Source: an uncultured archaeon
GTDB taxonomy: Archaea > Thermoplasmatota > Penumbrarchaeia > JASLWR01
NCBI GenBank assembly: GCA_964342815.1
Contig: CAYFHS010000012.1
Span: 1-64,000 of the forward strand
Reading direction: 5' to 3'
DNA: 64,000 nt
Below the pieces are notes generated by a model. It was not told the origin of the DNA. It saw only the letters and a list, made by a program, of their open reading frames with translations, and did no database searches. Below, piece after piece: positions 20,143 through 30,105 of this stretch. Within the stretch, counting starts at the first letter, position 1. Each line of letters starts with the position of its first letter. Made by a program: the position numbers and the translations under genes.

Positions 20143-21282
20143 ATGGCTTTGAACTACCCTGGCCGTTTGTTTTCGGTTATTTCAATGTTCTTATTGATAA
20201 ATGCCGGTTTATTCCTCGTACTCAACGTTGAAAGAGCCGAAGGGGGAAGGAACGTTCTTCTACCTGAACCCCTAGCACAATCATCAGCAGCGGTGCTGGA
20301 TGGAAAAATATACGTGATCGGGGGGCGCAACACAACTGATGTACATGATAAGATAATGCTGATGGATCCTCTAAGCGATACTTTAACACCGCTGAACACG
20401 ACACTTCCTTATCCATTATCCAACCCAATTAGCTTTTCTGACGGTGAACGTATCTTCATAGTTGGAGGCTCTCAGGGGATTCCCGGTCAAGGGATTACCT
20501 GTTACGATGATAAGAATGCCAACTTGACAATTTTCACTCCTCCCGACACTGTTGAGGTATTAGCAAATTTTTTCCCCTACGGCATGGAAGGAAATGCTGT
20601 GGCCTCCGATGGCAGGTACTTTTATCTTTTCGGAAATTGTATGTGCGCATTTCAGGATGTGAGACGCAATATTATGCGTTTCGATCCACAAAACCTCAAA
20701 CTCGATGTTTACGAGAAAATCCTACCAGTTAATCTTTCAGGAAGCTCTGCCGTCTGGTATAATGGGGCGGCATATATCTTTGGCGGAAAAACCGATAAGG
20801 GCAAATCACTCGACACGGTAATAAAATACATACCGGGGGAATCCGCGGAAGTTCTGGACATTCACCTTCCGGAAGCGGTTTATAAAATGGGTTCGGCACA
20901 AGACGGTGATCGCGTCTATATTCTTGGAGGGATAAATGAAACCGGTCTCAGTGATCAGTTCCTCGTGGTGGATCTGAGTGAACTAACTGTTAAGAAAACC
21001 GGATTTTTTCTCTCCCAACTTAGGGCGACGCGGGTATCGGTAGTTCATGGAAATAATATCTACCTTATCGGAGGTGACACTGCCGACGGTGTATCTCTTT
21101 CAATAGAGGTGATCGGGATATCCGATATCATTAAGGAAAATATAGTCGAGGAAGAAAAAACGGGAAATATTATTTTCGTATCCGCCATAGTCGGCTCGGC
21201 CCTATTGATTTTCATTATTAGTGCGATCTATATAAGAGATTACCGTAAATACAATGAGGATAAAGAGAAAAAAGAAAAATAG
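20143..21282 (+). CDS. Membrane-anchored Kelch-repeat beta-propeller protein
   Basis: Repeated IYVIGG/IFIVGG/AYIFGG/VYILGG/IYLIGG Kelch motifs; N-terminal hydrophobic signal; C-terminal TM and basic tail. Confidence 0.85.
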   Translation: MALNYPGRLFSVISMFLLINAGLFLVLNVERAEGGRNVLLPEPLAQSSAAVLDGKIYVIGGRNTTDVHDKIMLMDPLSDTLTPLNTTLPYPLSNPISFSDGERIFIVGGSQGIPGQGITCYDDKNANLTIFTPPDTVEVLANFFPYGMEGNAVASDGRYFYLFGNCMCAFQDVRRNIMRFDPQNLKLDVYEKILPVNLSGSSAVWYNGAAYIFGGKTDKGKSLDTVIKYIPGESAEVLDIHLPEAVYKMGSAQDGDRVYILGGINETGLSDQFLVVDLSELTVKKTGFFLSQLRATRVSVVHGNNIYLIGGDTADGVSLSIEVIGISDIIKENIVEEEKTGNIIFVSAIVGSALLIFIISAIYIRDYRKYNEDKEKKEK

Positions 21283-21345
21283 AATATTTACTCGTCTCTG
21301 CTTTTCGGGATTCGGAACCTAAGAAAGTTCACCGTCGGTGAAACG

Positions 21346-21876
21346 ATGCTTGATTGGTTAACTTCAAAGATCGGGATGATATTCGCAGCGGTTGTAATTA
21401 CTGGCAGTATTTTGGGTTTTTTCGCCTGGCAAAGGGAAAACTTCCAAGATATACAGCGGCAACAGACCGCAGATTTCATAGCAGATCAGATAGACCACAT
21501 CAGTTCTATAAGCGGAGATGGCAAAGATCGGTTTACATTCGATTACAGCATGGAAATCGAGGGAATATATCTGGAACCCGAGATAGGAGGGGAATCCTAC
21601 GAGATCGTGATTTCCCCAAACCATGTCATACTGGATCAAGGAGGTGAAGGACAGTTCATTTCTTCTCTGACGAGAAAGGTTCATCTATGGAATCCTTCTT
21701 CTTTTAAATCCATGGATGTTTTCAACGAAACAATATTGGAACAGTTGGATGAGGATAATCGTACTCTTAGCTTCGGACCGGGTCGTGATTTCTACGTCGA
21801 AAGCCGGTCTCTTAACATCACTTTTGCCTCTTCTCCTATGGAGAGGATATACATGACATTCGTGTACCCAGCCTAG
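21346..21876 (+). CDS. Hypothetical protein with N-terminal membrane anchor
   Basis: GGTGA SD; hydrophobic IGMIFAAVVITGSILGFFAW; fits between same-strand neighbours. Confidence 0.65.
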   Translation: MLDWLTSKIGMIFAAVVITGSILGFFAWQRENFQDIQRQQTADFIADQIDHISSISGDGKDRFTFDYSMEIEGIYLEPEIGGESYEIVISPNHVILDQGGEGQFISSLTRKVHLWNPSSFKSMDVFNETILEQLDEDNRTLSFGPGRDFYVESRSLNITFASSPMERIYMTFVYPA

Positions 21877-21895
21877 ATCGCCGGGGGTATCTACA

Positions 21896-23152
21896 ATGAA
21901 AATAAATTCAAAGATATCAGGATTTTACCGCAAAGAACCCCGGGAGAGACTGGACCTCGTTTCCGAAATGTGCTCTTTAACCGGTGAAGAAAGGGGGAGC
22001 CTCGGGGATACTGGAGGTCTCCCTATGGAAAGTGCGGATTCTATGATCGAGAACGTTATCGGCAGTTTTGTTCTTCCTTTGGGAATTGCTACCTACTTCA
22101 AGATAGACAACATGGATTATCTGATTCCCATGGCGGTGGAGGAACCATCTGTGGTGGCTGCTGCATCCAACGCGGCAAGGATTGCACGACACGGAGGTGG
22201 TTTTTTTACCGAACACGATTCTCTGCTGATGATTGGACAATTACAGGTGGTGGGATTGGCAGATCCGGAAAAAGCAATATTAAAGTTAAAAGCTAAAAAG
22301 GATGAAATCATCAAAACAGCAAATAACAGAGATCCGGTCCTGGTAAGATTGGGTGGCGGGGTGAAAGATATAGAAATGAGAAGATTGGACACACTATCAG
22401 GTCCCATGGTTATAATGCATTTACTGGTTAATTGTCTGGATGCAATGGGAGCGAACGCCGTTAATACAATGACCGAGGAGGTGGCTCCTTTGGTGGAGGA
22501 GATCAGTGGTGGAGTCGTCTTACTCAGGATAATATCCAATCTGGCAGATCGGCGACTTTTTCGTGCAAAGGCGGTCTTTAAAAAGGAGATATTGGGGGAA
22601 GAGGTCGTCGATAATATTATACTGGCTTACCACTTTGCAGAAGCTGATCCATACCGGGCGGCAACCCACAACAAGGGAGTGATGAATGGGATTAGTGCCG
22701 TTGTTAGAGCGACTGGGAACGACACACGAGCCATCGAAGCAGGCGCACATTCATATGCGGCAACCTCGGGAAGATACAAACCCATAACCATGTATCATAA
22801 GAATGCGGATGGTGACTTGATCGGTGAGATCGAGCTTCCTTTAGCTGTGGGTCTCGTGGGTGGAGCTACCCGATCTCATCCCCAGGCCAGGGCTTGTATA
22901 AAGATTCTCGGTATTGAAAGCGCATCGGGATTGGCAAGGATCATCGCTGCTGTAGGATTGGCTCAGAACTTTGCGGCCATGCGCGCTTTGGCAGACGAGG
23001 GGATACAGCGGGGTCACATGACACTGCATGCGAGAAATATCGCTGCTGCGGCAGGAGCTTCGGGTGGTTCCATCGATGCCGTGGCGAGAATCATGATCGA
23101 ATCCGGTGAGATAAACGAAGAAAAGGCGGGACAGATATTGCTGGAATTATAA
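21896..23152 (+). CDS. mvaA: Hydroxymethylglutaryl-CoA reductase, class II (bacterial/degradative type)
   Basis: MIENVIG, PMAVEEPSVVAA, DAMGANAVN, ATHNKGVMNG and EGIQRGHMTLH. Confidence 0.93.
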   Translation: MKINSKISGFYRKEPRERLDLVSEMCSLTGEERGSLGDTGGLPMESADSMIENVIGSFVLPLGIATYFKIDNMDYLIPMAVEEPSVVAAASNAARIARHGGGFFTEHDSLLMIGQLQVVGLADPEKAILKLKAKKDEIIKTANNRDPVLVRLGGGVKDIEMRRLDTLSGPMVIMHLLVNCLDAMGANAVNTMTEEVAPLVEEISGGVVLLRIISNLADRRLFRAKAVFKKEILGEEVVDNIILAYHFAEADPYRAATHNKGVMNGISAVVRATGNDTRAIEAGAHSYAATSGRYKPITMYHKNADGDLIGEIELPLAVGLVGGATRSHPQARACIKILGIESASGLARIIAAVGLAQNFAAMRALADEGIQRGHMTLHARNIAAAAGASGGSIDAVARIMIESGEINEEKAGQILLEL

Positions 23153-23207
23153 TCCTGATATGCCTTGATCTCTTGACTTACCATAATCATAAGGAAATAA
23201 TGGTTGC

Positions 23208-23960
23208 TCATTCGGATTTTTTCGCCTTACCTTGGGCGGCCACCGACGCCATGGCTTTTTGAAGTTCATCAGGGTCACCCAGATAATAATGTTTCAGAGG
23301 ATTAAGATCATCATCCAACTCATATACCAATGGGATGCCTGTTGGAATGTTCAATTTCAATATTTCATGGTCAGGTATATTATCAAGATATTTCACAAGT
23401 GCTCGAAGGCTGTTACCGTGAGCGGCGATCAAAACCCTTTTTCCGTTCTTGACCATTGGTGCAATGTCATTGTGCCAGTAAGGAAGAAAGCGGTCTACCG
23501 TGTCTTTCAGACATTCAGCGAATGGAATTTCTTTTTCATCGATTTCTTTATATCGGGCATCGTTCCCGGGATAACGCCTATCAGTCTTTTCAAGGGGCGG
23601 AGGCCGGATATCGTAACTTCTCCGCCATATGAGAACCTGTTCATCACCGAATTTCTGCGCTGTTTCAGATTTGTTCAACCCCTGTAAAGCACCGTAGTGG
23701 CGCTCGTTCAACCGCCAGGACCTGTGGACAGGGAGCCACATGAGGTCCATTTTTTCCAAAACGATCCAAAGCGTCCTTATTGCTCTTTTAAGGTAGGATG
23801 TGAAAGCCAGATCGAAAGTAAAACCTTCTTTCATCATTAGCGGACCTGCCTTCAATGCTTCCTCGATTCCTTTCTCCGACAGGTCCACATCGGTCCAGCC
23901 GGTGAACTTGTTTTCCCGGTTCCACGTACTCTCGCCGTGTCTCAATAATACCATTTTCAT
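23208..23960 (-). CDS. gpmA: 2,3-bisphosphoglycerate-dependent phosphoglycerate mutase
   Basis: [32 protein letters not shown] and LNIPTGIP. Start MKMVLL at 23960. Confidence 0.96.
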   Translation of the reverse strand: MKMVLLRHGESTWNRENKFTGWTDVDLSEKGIEEALKAGPLMMKEGFTFDLAFTSYLKRAIRTLWIVLEKMDLMWLPVHRSWRLNERHYGALQGLNKSETAQKFGDEQVLIWRRSYDIRPPPLEKTDRRYPGNDARYKEIDEKEIPFAECLKDTVDRFLPYWHNDIAPMVKNGKRVLIAAHGNSLRALVKYLDNIPDHEILKLNIPTGIPLVYELDDDLNPLKHYYLGDPDELQKAMASVAAQGKAKKSE

Positions 23961-24354
23961 ATTTCCACGATCCTTCCACGATCTTAGTTGGAATAGACGA
24001 GCCATTAAAACTCGGTTTTTCGTGTAAAGCCGTCCCATTATGACTCATCTTACTTGAGAAGCCAAGACCTATGGGCTTGGCTGAACAAGTAATAGGGCCC
24101 GGTACGGGACACCTTTACCAAGAAGACAGTCACTTTGTTCCCGTCTTTACAAGTGAAGACTCACACTATTCATCAAAATGCAGCCCGACGTCACATCTCT
24201 ATGGGAGAACCCTAATAAACCTATAAATCTCCTTCCATTGTTTTATTTTGGTGTGAAATAATGCAATTCTAGAAACATTCTTTCAAATGGCAAGATAATT
24301 ATATGTAATATCTGTTTGTATGGCCGAAATAGGATAGGGAAGAGAGAGATCGAC

Positions 24355-25578
24355 ATGTCCCCTGAAAACAAAGCAAAATTCAGGATCAAAGCACCGGAGT
24401 CAATACCCATTTCTCCAAAAGATGAAGACATCCATGAGGAGAAACCGCCTGCCAAACCCGTATTCAAGGCTAAAGAGACAGGCTACAGGGATAAATTGGC
24501 AACTATGCGACCGGAAAACGATGAAGAGGGGAGAGCAGCCGAAACAAAAAAGTTCCTTTTTAATGTAAAGGATCCTGCGATATCAGTTGATAAAGAGAAA
24601 AAACCTGATGAAAAGAAAGGATTTCTCTCAAAATTTTCTAAACTGAAAAAGAAAAGTGAATCCAGAAAGAAAAAGTTTAGTATTACCTCGGAAAAAGAAA
24701 GCACTGTCACCTCAGCCGACAGCGCGTCTGCCAAAAAGTTCAAGATGCTGGATCGTAGTAAAAGTACTCTAAGTGATGCTCCTCCATCGATAATTAAGGA
24801 AAAAGTCAGTTTCAAAAACAAAACGGAACAAATTCGGGCCTCCAAAACAGAAATTATAAAAGAAAAGGTCTCATTTAAAAAGAAAAAACCAGTACAGGCT
24901 GAAAAAGAACAAATCTCTAAAGAAACACCCACTTTTAAAAAGAAAGAACATGTGCAAATCGACGAGGCGCCCGAACTAAAGGAAAAGATCACTTTTAAAC
25001 CGAAAGAACCTCCACTGGCCGAAAAGACGCAGATCTCGAAAAAAAAACAAACGTTTAAAAAGAAAGAAGAGGAACGACTCGAAGATATCCCTGAAAGAAA
25101 GGAAAAGATCGCATTTAAACAGAAGGACCTGAAAAGCGTTGAAAAGGACCTCCCAAGTAAAGAAAAAACCAATGTTTATCCAAAGGAAGAACCACTTGAG
25201 GAAGATATTGATTTTAACTCACGGATTGATAAAACGGATGGATCGGATTCAGCGAAAAAAAAGCACTCTTTTAAAGAAAATAAAACTGAAAAAGCTCTCC
25301 TCAGGAAAAAATTCTTGTCTGCAAGCAGTAGAGTTAGGCCAAAATCCGGGGGATTGTTCTCGTCAAATATTTTGAACGGTGTTGTGTTGTGTTTTTTTTC
25401 CATCGTTGCTACGTATGTACTTACTACCTTCAAAAATTCACCGGACAATTCGATCATGTGGAAAATATGTTTTGTCCCACAAATATTTCTTGTCTACGTT
25501 GTAATACTGGTAATTTTGTACATCACCAGTATCGCCCTGGTTCTTACGGGGATAAATACCAAATTCAAGGGCTTATGA
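24355..25578 (+). CDS. Lys/Glu-rich low-complexity protein with internal repeats and two C-terminal TM helices
   Basis: Long ORF with repeated KEK-x-x-FK motifs and two hydrophobic segments at the C-terminus. Confidence 0.7.
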   Translation: MSPENKAKFRIKAPESIPISPKDEDIHEEKPPAKPVFKAKETGYRDKLATMRPENDEEGRAAETKKFLFNVKDPAISVDKEKKPDEKKGFLSKFSKLKKKSESRKKKFSITSEKESTVTSADSASAKKFKMLDRSKSTLSDAPPSIIKEKVSFKNKTEQIRASKTEIIKEKVSFKKKKPVQAEKEQISKETPTFKKKEHVQIDEAPELKEKITFKPKEPPLAEKTQISKKKQTFKKKEEERLEDIPERKEKIAFKQKDLKSVEKDLPSKEKTNVYPKEEPLEEDIDFNSRIDKTDGSDSAKKKHSFKENKTEKALLRKKFLSASSRVRPKSGGLFSSNILNGVVLCFFSIVATYVLTTFKNSPDNSIMWKICFVPQIFLVYVVILVILYITSIALVLTGINTKFKGL

Positions 25579-25837
25579 CCCGGATTCGGATTTTTCTCTG
25601 CATCCCTTTTTTAGATTACCAATATTATTATATACTAGAGATTCCCGTCCGCAGCAAAGTTGGGAATCCCACATTGAGAATCCCTAATTGTATTTGCCAT
25701 TTTTTTAAAAAATATTCTATTCACCAAAATGTTAATATATGGTGATGAAGTTCACGAGCCACCACTGTGCCAAGGGTGTCACACAGGATAACTGCATGTA
25801 ATAATGAATAAACGATAAAACTTTGATCAATGAGAAA

Positions 25838-26061
25838 GGGTCCGTAGCTCAGCTAGGTAAGACGTTCATTGCAACTCGGCATTAATGTAACATTACAATA
25901 ACTATCAATATCTGCGTAGTTTAGATGTGCTTCCGGCCCTTTCCTGTAAATGGGCCGTAACAATTGTAGTTTTGCCGAAATCAGGGACTGGGAACGTTTC
26001 TAGAAAGAGCATCTGGCTTTTAACCAGATGGCCGGGGGTTCGAATCCCCTCGGACCCGCCA
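25838..26061 (+). tRNA. tRNA-Lys(TTT) with a 147-nt non-canonical intron at 20/21 (intron 25859-26005); CCA encoded
   Basis: Joining 25838-25858 to 26006-26061 gives GGGTCCGTAGCTCAGCTAGGTAGAGCATCTGGCTTTTAACCAGATGGCCGGGGGTTCGAATCCCCTCGGACCCGCCA, a complete cloverleaf. The junctions form a bulge-helix motif. Confidence 0.93.
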
Positions 26062-26399
26062 TTTCTCAAATGAAGTAACTTTAAAGGAGGGGTCGAAACG
26101 AATAAACTTGATGAACAACCTACGTTTGAAAATGTGGGTATCATCCTCGAAAACCTGCGGTTTTCTGCGGATAAAACCACCAGTCTCTTTTCTGGACCGA
26201 TGGGTGAAGTCGAGATATTTATTTTGAATCCCATCAGAAAACCCCATTCCGTTTACGCCAATGTTTTAAAGTTTTTATCAAAGAATCAGAATAACAGAAA
26301 TCTAGATCATAACCCGTTGGCACGGCGAGACCGAAATTCGGTTCACCCTTCTAATCGAAAAGGGTTTGTTTAAAAATATTTTCAAGGAGAATGCGGCTT

Positions 26400-26639
26400 A
26401 TGGTCAAGATCGACGTAACAAAACATATGCTTGTCCCGGAACACATCGCTTTGGACGAGGAAGAAGCTCAAAAAGTTCTGGATAGATATTCTATTTCCAG
26501 GGAATCACTTCCCAAGATCCATATTACCGACCCTGTAATCAAGCTGATCGAGGCAAAAGAGGGTGATGTGGTAAAGATTACCAGGAACAGCCGCACAACC
26601 GGAAGATCAATTTACTATCGTTTCGTGGTCGCTAAATAA
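26400..26639 (+). CDS. rpoH: DNA-directed RNA polymerase subunit H (Rpo5)
   Basis: HMLVPEH, LPKI...DPV, GDVVKITRNSRTTG..IYYR.V. Confidence 0.97.
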   Translation: MVKIDVTKHMLVPEHIALDEEEAQKVLDRYSISRESLPKIHITDPVIKLIEAKEGDVVKITRNSRTTGRSIYYRFVVAK

Positions 26640-26673
26640 TTCAATATAGTTTTGTATGAATGGCGTGATATCA

Positions 26674-29600
26674 ATGAGAGAATTAGTCAAAGCTTTTTTT
26701 AGGAACCGTAGTGTCGTAAACCATCACCTTGCATCATTCAACGATTTTCTTCCAACCCATGATAATCCAAATTCGAGGATGCAGAGGCTTGTGAACTCCA
26801 TCGCAATCGGGGATGTGGGGAAAGAGAAGGGATTAATACGGCTGGATATAGGTTCTATCGAGGAAGAGAATATAGATATCAGGTTAGGTCAGATCCGCAT
26901 CGGAGTTCCGTTCATTACCGAGGCAAACGGAGCCCAACACAAACTCACCCCCATGGAATCCAGACAGAGGAACGCCACTTACAAAGCACCGATCTACCTG
27001 GACTACACGGTTGTACAGACCGATTCGAATGGTATCCAAACATTTATGGAGCCGGAGAAGAACGTACGGATAGGTGACCTCCCGCTGATGATCAAATGCA
27101 AGTTATGCAATATCCATCGGGATCAAATTGGGAATGAAAGAGAGCTTACACAGGAAGAATACGATAACGAGTTGATCAATCACAGAGAGGATCCCCTGGA
27201 CCCTGGCGGTTATTACGTGATAAATGGGGTGGAAAGGGTACTCATTTCATTGGAGGATCTAGCCCCAAACCGGATCCTGGTGGAATATAGTGAGAGATAC
27301 GGGACTAAACTCGAAGTGGGTAAAGTCTATTCCCAGCATCAGGGATACCGGGCTCTGACCTACATAGGCAGAACGAAGGATTGGATGCTCTTCGTAAAAG
27401 TCCCTGCAGCATCAGGCAACATTCCATTCCCGGTGCTTCTCAAGGCCCTTGATATGGAGAGCGATCAGGAGATTGCTGACGCAACCATATCCGATGAGCG
27501 AATGTCCAACATCATTTATGCCAATCTCGAAGATTGCGCCCAACAGCACGAAGTTTTTGCAACAACCGATGCCATAGCTTACCTCGAGAAAAAGTTCGCA
27601 ACAGGTCAGGCGAAAGAATATCGCCAGAGAAAGGTTGAATCGATCCTCGATCATTCACTCCTTCCTCATTTGGGTATTACCCGGGAAAGCCGGTCGAAGA
27701 AAGCATTATATCTTTGCAGGATCGCAAGAAACGTGCTGGAACTACATCTGGAGATTAGAAAACCCGATGACAAGGACCATTATGCCAACAAGAGGCTAAA
27801 GCTGGCAGGGGATCTCATAGAAGAGTTATTCCGGGTAGCATTTACAAACCTCTGCAAGGACCTCAAGTATCAACTGGAACGAAGTTACGTAAGAAAAAAG
27901 AAACTGAAGATCAGCTCGGCAATCCGCCCAGATGTATTGACAAGTCGGCTGCTGCATGCCCTGGCAACCGGGAACTGGGTTGGAGGTCGGGCAGGGGTCT
28001 CTCAATTACTGGACCGTACCTCTAACATGTCAACTTTGAGCCATCTGAGGAGGGTAACCTCACCATTGACCAGAAGTCAACCTCATTTCGAAGCCCGCGA
28101 TCTGCATCCCACGCAGTGGGGAAGGTTGTGCCCCAACGAAACCCCCGAAGGTCAGAACTGCGGTCTGGTGAAGAACCTCGCTCTAATGGTTGATATCTCG
28201 GAAGGTTATGATGCGGAAAAATTAGTGGAATCAATGTATTATCTTGATGTGGATCCCATTGGCAAAAAGGTGGTCCATGATACGAAGATCTTCGTGAACG
28301 GAGATCTGATCGGTATACACAAGGACCCGGAAAAACTGGTAGAGGAGATTAAACGAACCCGAAGGAACGCCACCCTTGCCATCCCACCTGAGAAGTCACA
28401 GGAGGTCAACGCCAGGTTCGATAGGCATACCAACGAAATATTCGTCAATTGCGATGAGGGGAGGATCAGAAGACCGCTGCTGGTTGTGGAGGACGGAAAA
28501 CTTTTGCTAACCGAGGAGAACATCAAGGATCTCAACGAGGGAAGAATCGATTTCAGATCACTCCTGCAGCGCGGGATCATCGACCTTATAGATGCGGAGG
28601 AGGAAGAGGATCTTTACGTTGCTCTGAACGAGGACGAACTCACGGGGGACCATACTCATATGGAAATAGACCCAATAGCAATTGTAGGAGTGGCTGGTGG
28701 GGTGGTACCCTTCAGTATGCACAATTCCTCTCCCCGAAACACCATGGGAGCTGCAATGGCAAAGCAGGCTCTGGGACTGGGTACGACCAATTACCGATTG
28801 CGCCCGGATACCAGGGGTCATCTGTTCCATTATCCCCAGAAACCAATGGTGCAAACAGAGACTATGAAATATATTAATTTCAATGAACGACCGGCAGGTC
28901 AGAATTTCGTTGTAGGGGTCATATCGTTCCATGGCTACAATATGGAAGATGCATTAATCATCAACAAGAACGCTGTGGAGCGGGGTCTGGGTCGTTCAAC
29001 CTTCATTCGGGCTTATCGGGCCGAGGAAAGACGATATCCGGGTGGTCAGGAGGACAAGTTCGAGGTCCCCGAGCCCAATGTGAGAGGAGCAAGAGAAGAT
29101 AAATCATACAATCATCTTGACGAGGACGGCCTTGTTACTCCCGAGGAATACGTCAGCGGTGGTGTCGTCCTGGTTGGAAAGACGTCTCCTCCGAGATTTC
29201 TTGAAGAACAGCATGATTTTCTGACACCCCAGGTAAGAAGAGACACTTCCATCACCTGCCGTCACGGGGAATCCGGGTATGTGGATACCGTCACCATAAC
29301 CGAGAACGAGAACGGCTCGAGACTGGTGAAGGTGAAGGTAAGGGACCTTAGGATACCTGAACTGGGAGACAAGTTCGCCTCGAGACACGGTCAGAAAGGT
29401 GTTATCGGTCTCGTTGTCCCTCAGGAGAATATGCCTTTCAACGAATTCGGCATCCAGCCTGATCTTATTATCAATCCTCACGCCATCCCATCCCGAATGA
29501 CGGTTGGTCACGTTCTGGAAATGATATCGGGGAAAATGGGATGTGAGATGGGGCGGTTGATCGATGGTACCATATTCAGCGGGGAACCCGAGAAGAGACT

Positions 29601-30105
29601 TAGAACGCTTCTGACACAATCAGGTTACAAGCATTCCGGTAAGGAAGTACTTTATGACGGTTTGACGGGGAGGAAGTTCGAGGCCGACATTTTCATGGGT
29701 GTGATCTATTACCAGAAACTTCATCACATGGTCTCTGGAAAGATGCACGTCCGCTCAAGGGGACCAGTGCAAATACTCACCCGCCAGCCCACCGAGGGGA
29801 GGGCCAGACAAGGCGGTCTGAGATTCGGAGAGATGGAAAGGGATACCCTAATCGGCCATGGAGCGTCAATGGTGATCAAGGACAGATTACTGGACGAATC
29901 AGACGGGACCTCCCAGTATGTTTGTGGCAACTCGAAATGCGGTCATATCGCCATGTTGGATCGGTCCGGATTTCTGCGCTGTCCAATATGCGGTGATACC
30001 ACAAATATACACAAGGTTGAGACCTCGTATGCATTCAAGTTGCTGCTGGATGAATTGAAATCAATGGGGATTATCCTACGATTACAGCTGGAGGACCTGA
30101 GATGA
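26674..30105 (+). CDS. rpoB: DNA-directed RNA polymerase subunit B (Rpo2), unsplit
   Basis: [31 protein letters not shown] and [11 protein letters not shown], all in one ORF; no intein. Confidence 0.98.
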   Translation: MRELVKAFFRNRSVVNHHLASFNDFLPTHDNPNSRMQRLVNSIAIGDVGKEKGLIRLDIGSIEEENIDIRLGQIRIGVPFITEANGAQHKLTPMESRQRNATYKAPIYLDYTVVQTDSNGIQTFMEPEKNVRIGDLPLMIKCKLCNIHRDQIGNERELTQEEYDNELINHREDPLDPGGYYVINGVERVLISLEDLAPNRILVEYSERYGTKLEVGKVYSQHQGYRALTYIGRTKDWMLFVKVPAASGNIPFPVLLKALDMESDQEIADATISDERMSNIIYANLEDCAQQHEVFATTDAIAYLEKKFATGQAKEYRQRKVESILDHSLLPHLGITRESRSKKALYLCRIARNVLELHLEIRKPDDKDHYANKRLKLAGDLIEELFRVAFTNLCKDLKYQLERSYVRKKKLKISSAIRPDVLTSRLLHALATGNWVGGRAGVSQLLDRTSNMSTLSHLRRVTSPLTRSQPHFEARDLHPTQWGRLCPNETPEGQNCGLVKNLALMVDISEGYDAEKLVESMYYLDVDPIGKKVVHDTKIFVNGDLIGIHKDPEKLVEEIKRTRRNATLAIPPEKSQEVNARFDRHTNEIFVNCDEGRIRRPLLVVEDGKLLLTEENIKDLNEGRIDFRSLLQRGIIDLIDAEEEEDLYVALNEDELTGDHTHMEIDPIAIVGVAGGVVPFSMHNSSPRNTMGAAMAKQALGLGTTNYRLRPDTRGHLFHYPQKPMVQTETMKYINFNERPAGQNFVVGVISFHGYNMEDALIINKNAVERGLGRSTFIRAYRAEERRYPGGQEDKFEVPEPNVRGAREDKSYNHLDEDGLVTPEEYVSGGVVLVGKTSPPRFLEEQHDFLTPQVRRDTSITCRHGESGYVDTVTITENENGSRLVKVKVRDLRIPELGDKFASRHGQKGVIGLVVPQENMPFNEFGIQPDLIINPHAIPSRMTVGHVLEMISGKMGCEMGRLIDGTIFSGEPEKRLRTLLTQSGYKHSGKEVLYDGLTGRKFEADIFMGVIYYQKLHHMVSGKMHVRSRGPVQILTRQPTEGRARQGGLRFGEMERDTLIGHGASMVIKDRLLDESDGTSQYVCGNSKCGHIAMLDRSGFLRCPICGDTTNIHKVETSYAFKLLLDELKSMGIILRLQLEDLR

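Noticed and set aside
25741-25800. C/D box sRNA or micro-ORF upstream of tRNA-Lys
   Set aside because: GTGATGA is present but has no D-box, and the 18-codon ORF has no support.
26084-26373. Small ORF downstream of tRNA-Lys with a strong AAGGAGG
   Set aside because: No ATG near the SD (only ACG, or a distant GTG), no recognisable motif, and no integrase or att-like duplication of the tRNA 3' end in the window.
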